From assembly GCA_963668715.1 (NCBI GenBank), contig OY764960.1, positions 3,953,438-4,017,437 on the forward strand: a DNA stretch of 64,000 nucleotides, read 5' to 3'. Below are positions 8,775-17,213 of the stretch, in pieces; the stretch's first letter is position 1, and the number at the start of each line of letters is the position of its first letter. The position numbers and the translations under genes were made by a program. The DNA comes from Bacteroidales bacterium (GTDB lineage Bacteria; Bacteroidota; Bacteroidia; Bacteroidales; VadinHA17). The notes under the pieces are model-generated. The model searched no databases and was not told the DNA's origin. It saw only the letters and a list, made by a program, of their open reading frames with translations.

Positions 8775-10079
8775 CACTAGTGTCCACTAAACTTTAAATA
8801 TAAGCTTTATAATTGTTTACAAATATGTCATTTACATCAAAATACCCGTGTCCACGATTTGAATTAATACTTTTGAATTCTAATGTGAATTTTAAAGTAT
8901 GCACACAGGAAAGTATGTATTTGCACAACTTGTCGAATTTCTTCCGCAAAAGTTTTTTCAGCGAATAGTTTTGGAATATCAAGGTGATAAATATGTGAAA
9001 TCCTTTAGCTGCTGGAACCAGTTGCTTGTAATGATGTTTGGTCAGCTTGCCGGTTGCGGTAGCCTTCGAGAACTTGTTAGCATTCTCGAAGCTCACAACA
9101 GAAAATCCTATCATCTTGGTTTTGGAAAATCCGGAATAACCCGAAGCAATCTTTCGAAAGCTAATGAGAATCGGGATTATCATATTTTCGAAAAGTTTGC
9201 CTATAAAATGATCGATATTGCTCAGAAAAAACGACTCACCAGGGAGTTTGAAATTGAGGGTCGATTTTATGCTTTTGACTCCACTACCATTGACTTGTGC
9301 TTGAGTTTTTTCTGGTGGGCAAAATTCAGAAAAACGAAGTCTGGAATTAAAATGCATACGCTTTTTGATGTTGCAACTCAGATCCCAGCTTTCATTCATA
9401 TTACAGAAGCCAAAGTCCATGATATGAATATCATGGAGGAGATCCCTTATGAGCCTAATGCTTATTATATCTTCGATAGAGGCTACTTTGATCTTGCCAG
9501 ATTGTACCAAATTGATCTTATTAAATCCAATTTTGTTATTCGGCAAAGAGGAAAACTTCAATATAAAATCATCCAGGGAGATGAGCTTCTTGAAGAACCT
9601 GACAATATCCTTTTTGATCAGGTAATAAGGCTGACCGGTCCATTGACTAAACAGAAATATCCGGGAAAACTTCGTCGTATAGTTTTTTATAGTCAAGAGC
9701 ACCGCAGAACCTTTACATATCTTTCGAACAATCTTGAAATTAAAGCATCTCAAATAGCTCTGCTTTATAAAAACAGGTGGCAAGTAGAACTCTTCTTCAA
9801 ATGGATCAAGCAACATCTGCATATCACATCATTTTGGGGTATCTCTGAGAATGCCGTTCGCATACAAATCTATAGTGCAATCACCGCCTACTGTCTGGTT
9901 GCTATTGTTGAAAATGAGCTTAAACTCGGCAAAACGACATTTGAAGTACTCCGAATTTTGAGTGCTTCGCTTCTGGATAAAACCGCTATTAAGGAACTTT
10001 TCATACATGATAAAAACGCAAACAATATGGACAATAGTTATGATTTACAATTACCTTTAATTTTTAGTGGACACTAGTG
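8775..10079 (+). mobile_element. IS4-family element (1305 bp), 17-bp TIR, 9-bp target duplication
   Basis: CACTAGTGTCCACTAAA / TTTAGTGGACACTAGTG; ATATCATTC at 8766-8774 and 10080-10088. Confidence 0.95.
8899..10077 (+). CDS. IS4-family transposase (DUF4372 + DDE_Tnp_1)
   Basis: MHTGKYVFAQL N-terminus; DSTTIDL, FDRGY, 'YKNRWQVELFFKWIKQHL' motifs. Confidence 0.95.
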   Translation: MHTGKYVFAQLVEFLPQKFFQRIVLEYQGDKYVKSFSCWNQLLVMMFGQLAGCGSLRELVSILEAHNRKSYHLGFGKSGITRSNLSKANENRDYHIFEKFAYKMIDIAQKKRLTREFEIEGRFYAFDSTTIDLCLSFFWWAKFRKTKSGIKMHTLFDVATQIPAFIHITEAKVHDMNIMEEIPYEPNAYYIFDRGYFDLARLYQIDLIKSNFVIRQRGKLQYKIIQGDELLEEPDNILFDQVIRLTGPLTKQKYPGKLRRIVFYSQEHRRTFTYLSNNLEIKASQIALLYKNRWQVELFFKWIKQHLHITSFWGISENAVRIQIYSAITAYCLVAIVENELKLGKTTFEVLRILSASLLDKTAIKELFIHDKNANNMDNSYDLQLPLIFSGH

Positions 10080-10624
10080 ATATCATTCATAAAATATAAT
10101 GCTAGGACTGTAAATGGTAAACTCAATATCATTAAAATAACAAAATTTTTGACTTTCGAAGGTTTAGAATAATCTAAGTTCTTTTCAACTATCTTCTTTT
10201 CAATGAATTCGGTCATTGCATCATTACCGAAGAATCTTTGATCCTGTTGATTTGATATAAAGGATATTTTTTTTGTTCCTCCAGTTTCTTTTTCGTTGTA
10301 TTTTATTGTTACAAACCAAGGACTGCTAAAATCGAACTTTGATATCCACTGTATATCCTTATAGTCGACAAAAGTTTCTCGTCCAAAATCCCTTATTAAT
10401 ATTCCTTGTTCTGTTGTTTCTATATTTTTTAATCTGAATGGCATTTGTATCAGAAAAATGGATATCCAGACAGTTACTGTGAGCATACCTTTTGCAAATC
10501 CTAGAGATTCAGGAGATCCTTCTGTCCATGACATATATATTCCAAAAAAAGCCCCGGCAAGCATAAAAATGGGAAAGATGAATTTAAAAATAAAGGTTAG
10601 AGAAGAACTTTTATACATGATCAT
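10064..10624 (-). CDS. Hypothetical membrane protein (cassette C4); last codons replaced by IS4 sequence
   Basis: Three hydrophobic segments; the native end NDMINVF* can be rebuilt from 8750-8774. Confidence 0.75.
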   Translation of the reverse strand: MIMYKSSSLTFIFKFIFPIFMLAGAFFGIYMSWTEGSPESLGFAKGMLTVTVWISIFLIQMPFRLKNIETTEQGILIRDFGRETFVDYKDIQWISKFDFSSPWFVTIKYNEKETGGTKKISFISNQQDQRFFGNDAMTEFIEKKIVEKNLDYSKPSKVKNFVILMILSLPFTVLALYFMNDITSVH

Positions 10625-10681
10625 AGTTTCTATTTAATTTATTAATTGGCTCTTAATCTACAACGGTTACTCAACCATTAT

Positions 10682-10815
10682 GCACAACGGTTGGTGTATG
10701 AGGCGTTGGGCATTTCGAAGCACTTCACTGTCAAACCGCTAATATGTTTATTAAATGTACTCATGCTTCAATTAACCACTTGCTGCCCAATGACTTATAC
10801 ACATTGTTGTGTGCC
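10682..10815 (-). repeat. attC-like site 4 (intact)
   Basis: GCACAAC-N7-GTATG; arms GTGTATGAGGCGTTGGGCA / TGCCCAATGACTTATACAC; TATAC-N5-GTTGTGTGCC at 10806. Confidence 0.85.
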
Positions 10816-10888
10816 CGTGCTTTATTTTCCTCAGTCAGTCTGTGCGATGGGGCAGACATACTCTTTGGCAAGTTTTGGTTTGCGGTTG

Positions 10889-10919
10889 GCTTGTGTGACT
10901 TGCCAATGTGTATGGATGC
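10889..10919. repeat. 31-bp direct repeat, copy 1
   Basis: GCTTGTGTGACTTGCCAATGTGTATGGATGC, identical at 15509-15539. Confidence 0.9.
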
Positions 10920-10926
10920 TTTCAGG

Positions 10927-12159
10927 CTAAATTCTGAAGTCATTCGGTTCAAATTCAAGTACTTTATCAATGATGTCAATATTTTGTTTTCTTTTTTTCA
11001 ACCATCGTTCTTTCCAATAATCAACTAATTCGGTTTTTGTATAATTGTTAAAATGTGGTTGTTTTGTCTCTCCATTTAAAAAAGCCTTGTATTCTTTTGC
11101 TAATGGTACAAAATAAATATTTCTTCTAAATGAGTGTTTTAATAAAAAATCACTATCAAATCCCAAAAGATCGCCTGAAGTACGAATTACACGCATTACC
11201 CAACTTGGTCCATCCCCAAATTTATGACCTACATTGATTCCTTTTGATTTTAGAAGTTGAATCATTAGTAGTATAGTTTCTTCGCTTAAATGTAACGTTC
11301 CAAAACCCTTTGTTTTCCCAATTGGTAGATATAGTAATTCATCACCAAACTTCATTCGATTGTATTGGGAGCTATTTCCATATAAACTTGTTGTAAAAAT
11401 ACCTACAAGTTTATTTGCGACTCTTTTTTCTGTAAGGGTAACTTTCCCTTGATATTTTTTACGGTAGATTTCTCTTATTTCATTGGATGCAAGAATGTAA
11501 GAAATGAGTTTCCCCCCTAATAAATAATTGTATGGTGGTAGAGCTCCAATCACGTAAGCATCTAATGTGTATATCAGATTTTTTGTCCTAGTGTTTTTAT
11601 TCCAACCTATAAAGTCATCTCTTTCAGGAATATGAATAATAGGGCTTCCTAATGCAGCAATTCCAATGACAGGTTTATTTGGTAATGCTCTGTCCCGTAT
11701 TATGAGTTTAATTCTTCTTCCGACATATTCGCTGTAAGGCGAACTCCAATAATATCTTAAAATCCTGAATAATCTATGCTGTTGCCTTGTTTCACAAACT
11801 TCTATAATTGGGTCGATATTTGAACTTAACACGTCTGTTCCTACAGCAAGGTTTTTTCTTGCAAATTCAATGTTATTATCAATCCATTTTTTATGTTTCA
11901 AAATAATTTCATCTCGTTTAAAAGACATTGATTTCTTTATAGTTTCTTTATCGTAACTTTCAGGAGGAATTAAAGTCGGATAAGCATTTTTCGTAGTTGG
12001 CAGTTTAAATTTCCACTTTAATCTTTCCAAGTCACGTCTAATACTATTAATTACCTGTTCTTCAAGTGCTGTTTCCTTTTTCTTGTTTGAAACTGCTTTT
12101 GGTATCACATTTTTAGATGTGATTTCTTTAGGTAAAATAAGTTCTGTTGATTCTTTCAT
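10927..12159 (-). CDS. DUF4338 / Druantia DruA-like protein
   Basis: 'YVGRRIKLIIRD...GIAALGSP', 'AYVIGALPPYNYLLGGKLI', 'TTSLYG.SSQYNR', 'IGKTKGFG' motifs recalled from the DUF4338 family. Confidence 0.75.
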   Translation of the reverse strand: MKESTELILPKEITSKNVIPKAVSNKKKETALEEQVINSIRRDLERLKWKFKLPTTKNAYPTLIPPESYDKETIKKSMSFKRDEIILKHKKWIDNNIEFARKNLAVGTDVLSSNIDPIIEVCETRQQHRLFRILRYYWSSPYSEYVGRRIKLIIRDRALPNKPVIGIAALGSPIIHIPERDDFIGWNKNTRTKNLIYTLDAYVIGALPPYNYLLGGKLISYILASNEIREIYRKKYQGKVTLTEKRVANKLVGIFTTSLYGNSSQYNRMKFGDELLYLPIGKTKGFGTLHLSEETILLMIQLLKSKGINVGHKFGDGPSWVMRVIRTSGDLLGFDSDFLLKHSFRRNIYFVPLAKEYKAFLNGETKQPHFNNYTKTELVDYWKERWLKKRKQNIDIIDKVLEFEPNDFRI

Positions 12160-12160
12160 T

Positions 12161-14212
12161 TCAATTCAAGATTCTTTCCCAATTACTTTTAGGAGCACAA
12201 TAAAACTTCACAATTCCTTTATCTCCATGTTCTGCTTGTTGAACTGTTATATCACATTCTAATAATATGTTGAGAATAACAGATTTTAACTCATTTTCAC
12301 TTCTAAATTCATCTTGAAACTCATCTATTTGTTTTATGTCTTTCAGAATCATGTAAAGTTGTCCGTCATATATGCCCCAAACATCATCGTCAAATGATTT
12401 TCCTGAAAGTTTTGACTTATTCTCTTTTAATTTTGCTTGTAGTGCTTCTGCTAACGCTTTGTTTCTTGCTTCTGATTTTTTTCTAATTTCTTTTGCTGCT
12501 GATTTTTCAAAAGGGACTGCATCCTTATTCTTATTAACTGTTTCTGAATAAAGCTCTTCAAAACTTCTAATTCTCACAGGCAAAACAAATGGTTGTTTTG
12601 GAGCACTCCACATATAACAGTTTCCAGATATAGGTTCACCAATTAAATGAGCAAGTACATCGTGAGAATAGTGTGAATTGTATTTGCCTAAAGTTCCAGC
12701 ATCCCCTTCTGAAAGCAAATGAAAACTAAACCAATTATCTGCTTGGCTTAATAGTTCAGGTGACATAGAACCTGGCTGTTGAGTAACTAAAATTGCACCT
12801 AAATCATATTTCCTTCCTTCCTTAACCCACTCAACAAAAGGACTTGATTCTTCCAAGTTTCTTCCTAATACACTCTGTGCTTCCTCAATTATTGATATAA
12901 CTGGAATTGGAGATTCTCCTGTGAAATTCTCTTGGTTATAATTGAAAATTCTTCTCATCAATAGACCTGCAACATTATATCCTGCAGTGGAACTTAGCAT
13001 ACTAATATCAACGACAACACAATGCCCCTCTCTAAGTGCTTCAATTGTTCCATTTAAAAGTTGGCTATTGGGGTCGTGAAGATGATTAACAACATTACTC
13101 ATATTACTTTTTGCGGCTAAAATCTCTGCCCTAGCATCAGTAGGATTTGTATATCCAAGTATTCTTCCCAATGTTGCATCATCTGCATTTAATCCATCTC
13201 GTGAAATTAAATCGACTAATTCTCTCCATCTTGCAGAGTCAAGTGATTTTAATTTAATAACGTTTTGTTGATTTTGTCGGTCTGGCGAAATAGAAATCCC
13301 AATTACGTCTCTAGAAGGTAAATCGCGAATGTCAATTCTTACATTTCCTGCTTTCCAACTATCATAATAAGGTGATGGTGATGGTCGAGAAGTAAAGACA
13401 ACAATGTGTTCTTGAAGTTGGGGTACATCGCAAAGTCCAGGTCTGTCGTTAAAATCTGGCCAAAAATATTCGCCATCAGCATCAAATATTAAAACACCTA
13501 CATCTTTGCTTCTTTCTCCTCTATCAGTCTTTGGAACACCGTCACGAAAAAGTTCACCCATTAAAAATTTAATGAGATTTGATTTTCCATATCCTGCTCT
13601 TGCAAAAACAACAGAACGCTTTGAAACGAGATTATTGATATTGAAAGTTACTTTGAGAGACGGTGAAATATGTCTTAAAACAGATTCTTGCTCGGACGTT
13701 CTGCCAGAGTAGACAAATTCACCTAAAACATAGTCGCCTAAATCTGTGTTGCCTTCGCTTAGTTGGCATAGCTCCGTAAGAACAATATCGCTTGGCAAAG
13801 CGACCTTTGCACCCAAATGAGGTAATCGTCTCTGAGAAGGAACAAATATTATTCTTTCATTTCCATTTTGAGTTACGTTTTTTACAGCCCCAAGCAGCTT
13901 AATTTGAACTTTATATTTCAGTTTCTGCTTTTTTAAATCTTCTGGGACATCTTGGTCTCGACTCTGCATAGTATTAATATAATCTTCACCTTCTGCCGAA
14001 GCGAGTAATCCAGAAGGAACAAATTTTGTAATTCTTCCTAAGGATGCTTCATCTTTTGAACTAAGTTCAATTAAAAGAAATTGACCTAATTGGGGTCGCT
14101 CAAGCATTGATGAATTATAAGGAGCAACAATTTCTGCTGCAAACTCGAATCCTCTTTCACTGAAGCCTTTGAAAGTTCCAAAGACGTTTGATTTTGCAAA
14201 TAATTCAGGCAT
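12161..14212 (-). CDS. HerA/FtsK-superfamily ATPase (HerA-like)
   Basis: N-terminal HAS-barrel-like region, Walker A ARAGYGKS, FDADGEY, Walker B IIEEAQ, arginine finger EGRKY, VTQQP. Confidence 0.9.
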   Translation of the reverse strand: MPELFAKSNVFGTFKGFSERGFEFAAEIVAPYNSSMLERPQLGQFLLIELSSKDEASLGRITKFVPSGLLASAEGEDYINTMQSRDQDVPEDLKKQKLKYKVQIKLLGAVKNVTQNGNERIIFVPSQRRLPHLGAKVALPSDIVLTELCQLSEGNTDLGDYVLGEFVYSGRTSEQESVLRHISPSLKVTFNINNLVSKRSVVFARAGYGKSNLIKFLMGELFRDGVPKTDRGERSKDVGVLIFDADGEYFWPDFNDRPGLCDVPQLQEHIVVFTSRPSPSPYYDSWKAGNVRIDIRDLPSRDVIGISISPDRQNQQNVIKLKSLDSARWRELVDLISRDGLNADDATLGRILGYTNPTDARAEILAAKSNMSNVVNHLHDPNSQLLNGTIEALREGHCVVVDISMLSSTAGYNVAGLLMRRIFNYNQENFTGESPIPVISIIEEAQSVLGRNLEESSPFVEWVKEGRKYDLGAILVTQQPGSMSPELLSQADNWFSFHLLSEGDAGTLGKYNSHYSHDVLAHLIGEPISGNCYMWSAPKQPFVLPVRIRSFEELYSETVNKNKDAVPFEKSAAKEIRKKSEARNKALAEALQAKLKENKSKLSGKSFDDDVWGIYDGQLYMILKDIKQIDEFQDEFRSENELKSVILNILLECDITVQQAEHGDKGIVKFYCAPKSNWERILN

Positions 14213-15362
14213 TTCTATATCTTATGTTAGTTAAATTTTGACCTAAGTGTTTCATTCTTAATATTTTTTCCTTCTCATCTTTTGTAAGTTTCTGTGTAAT
14301 TCCTTCAAAAAGTATATCCTGTAAAATATCCATTTCAAGACCGTTCACTTTTGCAAAATCATGAGCTTTCTGGACACACATTGGAAAATCAGGAATAGGG
14401 AAACCGGGTTGAGCATCTTTTGTCAGTTGCCCAATTATTTTTTCGGCATCGTCAAGTTGCCATTCAGCAATATCAACTGGCCACACTGGGTCGAAGGGTC
14501 TATCCCCAAACTTCACCAAAAACATTTTTCCAATAGCTTGATAACGATACGTTCCATTTTCATCTGGCTGACTTGTTTCAAGTGTGTCAAGCCAAGTTCT
14601 ATCAAAATTATAGCAATCAGCCTCAATATCATCAGGCACTTGGACATAACAGGGATATGGCTTATGTAATGCTCCTTCCAACTCAAGAGCAACAGAAAGT
14701 CTACTTAAAACCGCACTTTGTTTAGCAACTCCAACCATTGAAACTGAAATGTTTTTCTTCTTGTGGGTATTGTAGGCTTCTCTTATTAATTGGTCAATTA
14801 AAGGGAATACAGTTAGTTTAAACGATTTTGTTCTTAACATTCCCTCTCTGACAATAATTGTATCCGAACCCCATTCACGATATTTCATTAAATCATATAG
14901 AACAGCCCATTCAACAATATCCCTGTAAACCCTCACAGCACCTGTACTCTTTCCGGGTTCTTCAATTCCTTTTAGGAGATAGGATAAATCAAGAACACTC
15001 ATTGTTAAATCTTGACAAAGCTTTCTTAATGGTTCAACTAATAATGGACTACCGTGATTTGCTCGTTCATTAAAATCAGCAGCTTTCGAATTTCCTGCGA
15101 TAGCATCTAAAGCGCATTGATTTCCTCTTGAATCAACGACACGTACTAATTCAATAACCGCTGGATTAAAGTAAAGTCGGTTATCACCTCCATCAGAAGA
15201 TACAAAAGAAACGGCATTAACAGAATATGGTCTAATTGGTTTTACGTCATTCTTAATACGTCTTGCATATTCTCTGAATTTTTGCAAAATAGGGTCCTCA
15301 TTTTTGTATGCATCAAAGACTCTTTTTTTTATTTCAGTAAAGTTATCATCTGCTAATGCCAT
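14205..15362 (-). CDS. NurA-domain nuclease
   Basis: 'FVSSDGG' and 'IIVREGML' catalytic-type motifs, 'VGVAKQS', C-terminal 'GFPIP...KAHDFAKV'; overlaps the HerA gene by 8 bp. Confidence 0.8.
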   Translation of the reverse strand: MALADDNFTEIKKRVFDAYKNEDPILQKFREYARRIKNDVKPIRPYSVNAVSFVSSDGGDNRLYFNPAVIELVRVVDSRGNQCALDAIAGNSKAADFNERANHGSPLLVEPLRKLCQDLTMSVLDLSYLLKGIEEPGKSTGAVRVYRDIVEWAVLYDLMKYREWGSDTIIVREGMLRTKSFKLTVFPLIDQLIREAYNTHKKKNISVSMVGVAKQSAVLSRLSVALELEGALHKPYPCYVQVPDDIEADCYNFDRTWLDTLETSQPDENGTYRYQAIGKMFLVKFGDRPFDPVWPVDIAEWQLDDAEKIIGQLTKDAQPGFPIPDFPMCVQKAHDFAKVNGLEMDILQDILFEGITQKLTKDEKEKILRMKHLGQNLTNIRYRNA

Positions 15363-15508
15363 ATCTATTTTTTATTGTTTATAAGATTTTTCAAAGGTAA
15401 TAATATGAATTTTTCAATTTAGTTTTTTTATATTTTGATTTGTTTTAGTATTCAATCCGGGTTTCTTGCGTTGGCAAAGATTTGGCTCTTTTGCAAGCTG
15501 AAGCGTTT

Positions 15509-15539
15509 GCTTGTGTGACTTGCCAATGTGTATGGATGC
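15509..15539. repeat. 31-bp direct repeat, copy 2
   Basis: Identical to 10889-10919; lies just downstream of the gajB stop. Confidence 0.9.
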
Positions 15540-15560
15540 ATTGTGCTAGCATTGTGTTGA

Positions 15561-17213
15561 TTATTGTTTTTTCGTCTTATATCTTAATTTTTCAATATTG
15601 TTTAATAGTAAAAATTCCGAATCTCTACCTTGTCTCTTTATCATTTCATTATTGTGTCTTTCAGTACTAGAAATCAGGATACATCCTTTTCTTGCTCTTG
15701 TTAATCCAACATAATGTAAGTTTAAGTCTTGATTCCAATCTCCATAAACAGGATTATTAAAGTCATTATTCGGACCTGGTCTTTTATTTGGAAATACCCA
15801 TTCGTAAAGGTCAAGATGAATTACAACATCATATTCTAGCCCTTTTGATTTATGCAAAGTAAGTATGTTTACTTCATCATCATTCGCTGTTTGATATGAG
15901 TTAAGCTCAACCGAATTATTAAGTACAGAATCCAAAAGGTCGATGGACTCTTTACTTTCAAGATTTGGCGCAATTATTTTTGCGACATTGATAAATTCCT
16001 TTTTAAGCTCATCTAAATCAAGTGGTGAATGGTGTGAGATTTTTTCAATAGTTTCCTTGTATGTTTTCAGTTTTTTTAAATCCCTTGATGAAAATCTATC
16101 ATATGAAGTAAACACCTCTACAACATCAATAAATCTGTAGCCCTTATCGAAAACAAAGTAGAGTAAATTTGAAAATATTGCTGACCAAATATTTAAATTG
16201 AGGTCTAGCTCATTACTAACAAATAACCTATGTGGTGATTTTAAATTTTCATTTATTATGTCTGCGCTTCGATTTCCTCTTGTTAATATCGCTATTTGAT
16301 TTCTGTTTTTTACCTTAAAGATTTTCTGAATAGAATCTATTTTATCGTCAACCCATTTTGCGATGGATGTCTCATCACCATTTATCCTACTAAAGAAAAT
16401 TTGATTAATGTCTGTTTGAATTAGTTCAGTCTTTGGGTTTAATAAATAGTTCGAATAATTAATGATACTAGGATGGCATCTGTGGTTTTTATCAAGTTTA
16501 AAAAATTTAAAATTATCATCTGTTGTTAGTTCTTCTAAGTATTTTGAGTCTTTTCCCGAAAAAGCATATATTGATTGATTCAAGTCACCAACCGCAACTG
16601 CAACTATACCTAAATCGTTTATTTTCTTAAATATTTGGTGTTGCTCAAATCCTGAGTCTTGGTACTCATCTATGTAAATATGTTTGTATTTGGCTTTTAT
16701 ATATTTACGACAGGCAATTGAGTTTGTAAAAACATAGTCTGCAAAAACTCCAATTGTTTCAATAAGTATTATACCATTGCTAAAAAAAACACCTAAATCC
16801 TTTATCTTTTTTTTTTCAAGTTGTTCAAGAGTCAAATTTCTATCAACCCAATCAAATCTATCTTTATCTTCATCAGAAAGAGAAGAGTGTTTTATAATCT
16901 TTATCTCATTATTAGGAATTCCGAATATATGTTTTGCAAAAGGAACAATTATCTCTGATAAATTGAATTTGTCAATTGTACCAAAAAAAGAGCCTAAAGG
17001 TTTTTCTCCATTTGACAAGCTTCTGTTTTTTAATTCATTACTAGCTTTATTGGTGTAGGATATTGCAACCACACCTTGATGGTCGTGTAAATCTTTTAGA
17101 TTATCTTTTATTTTCTTGGACAATACAAACGTCTTCCCACTTCCAGGAGCAGCAATGACAACAGAATTGCCATCATAATCAAGAATTAAATTTTGTTGGT
17201 CAGTCGGCTTCAT
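15561..17213 (-). CDS. gajB: UvrD-like helicase, Gabija GajB-like (start taken at MKPTDQQ)
   Basis: AAPGSGKT, YTNKA, IDEYQD, GDLNQSIY, TLHKSKGLEYD, YVGLTRAR; overlaps the OLD-nuclease gene. Confidence 0.8.
   Translation of the reverse strand: MKPTDQQNLILDYDGNSVVIAAPGSGKTFVLSKKIKDNLKDLHDHQGVVAISYTNKASNELKNRSLSNGEKPLGSFFGTIDKFNLSEIIVPFAKHIFGIPNNEIKIIKHSSLSDEDKDRFDWVDRNLTLEQLEKKKIKDLGVFFSNGIILIETIGVFADYVFTNSIACRKYIKAKYKHIYIDEYQDSGFEQHQIFKKINDLGIVAVAVGDLNQSIYAFSGKDSKYLEELTTDDNFKFFKLDKNHRCHPSIINYSNYLLNPKTELIQTDINQIFFSRINGDETSIAKWVDDKIDSIQKIFKVKNRNQIAILTRGNRSADIINENLKSPHRLFVSNELDLNLNIWSAIFSNLLYFVFDKGYRFIDVVEVFTSYDRFSSRDLKKLKTYKETIEKISHHSPLDLDELKKEFINVAKIIAPNLESKESIDLLDSVLNNSVELNSYQTANDDEVNILTLHKSKGLEYDVVIHLDLYEWVFPNKRPGPNNDFNNPVYGDWNQDLNLHYVGLTRARKGCILISSTERHNNEMIKRQGRDSEFLLLNNIEKLRYKTKKQ

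Noticed and set aside
8794-9822. 342-aa - strand ORF
   Set aside because: Antisense shadow of the IS4 transposase.
10927-12159. Calling the locus a Druantia system
   Set aside because: Only a DruA-like gene is present; no DruE helicase or other Dru genes are in the window.
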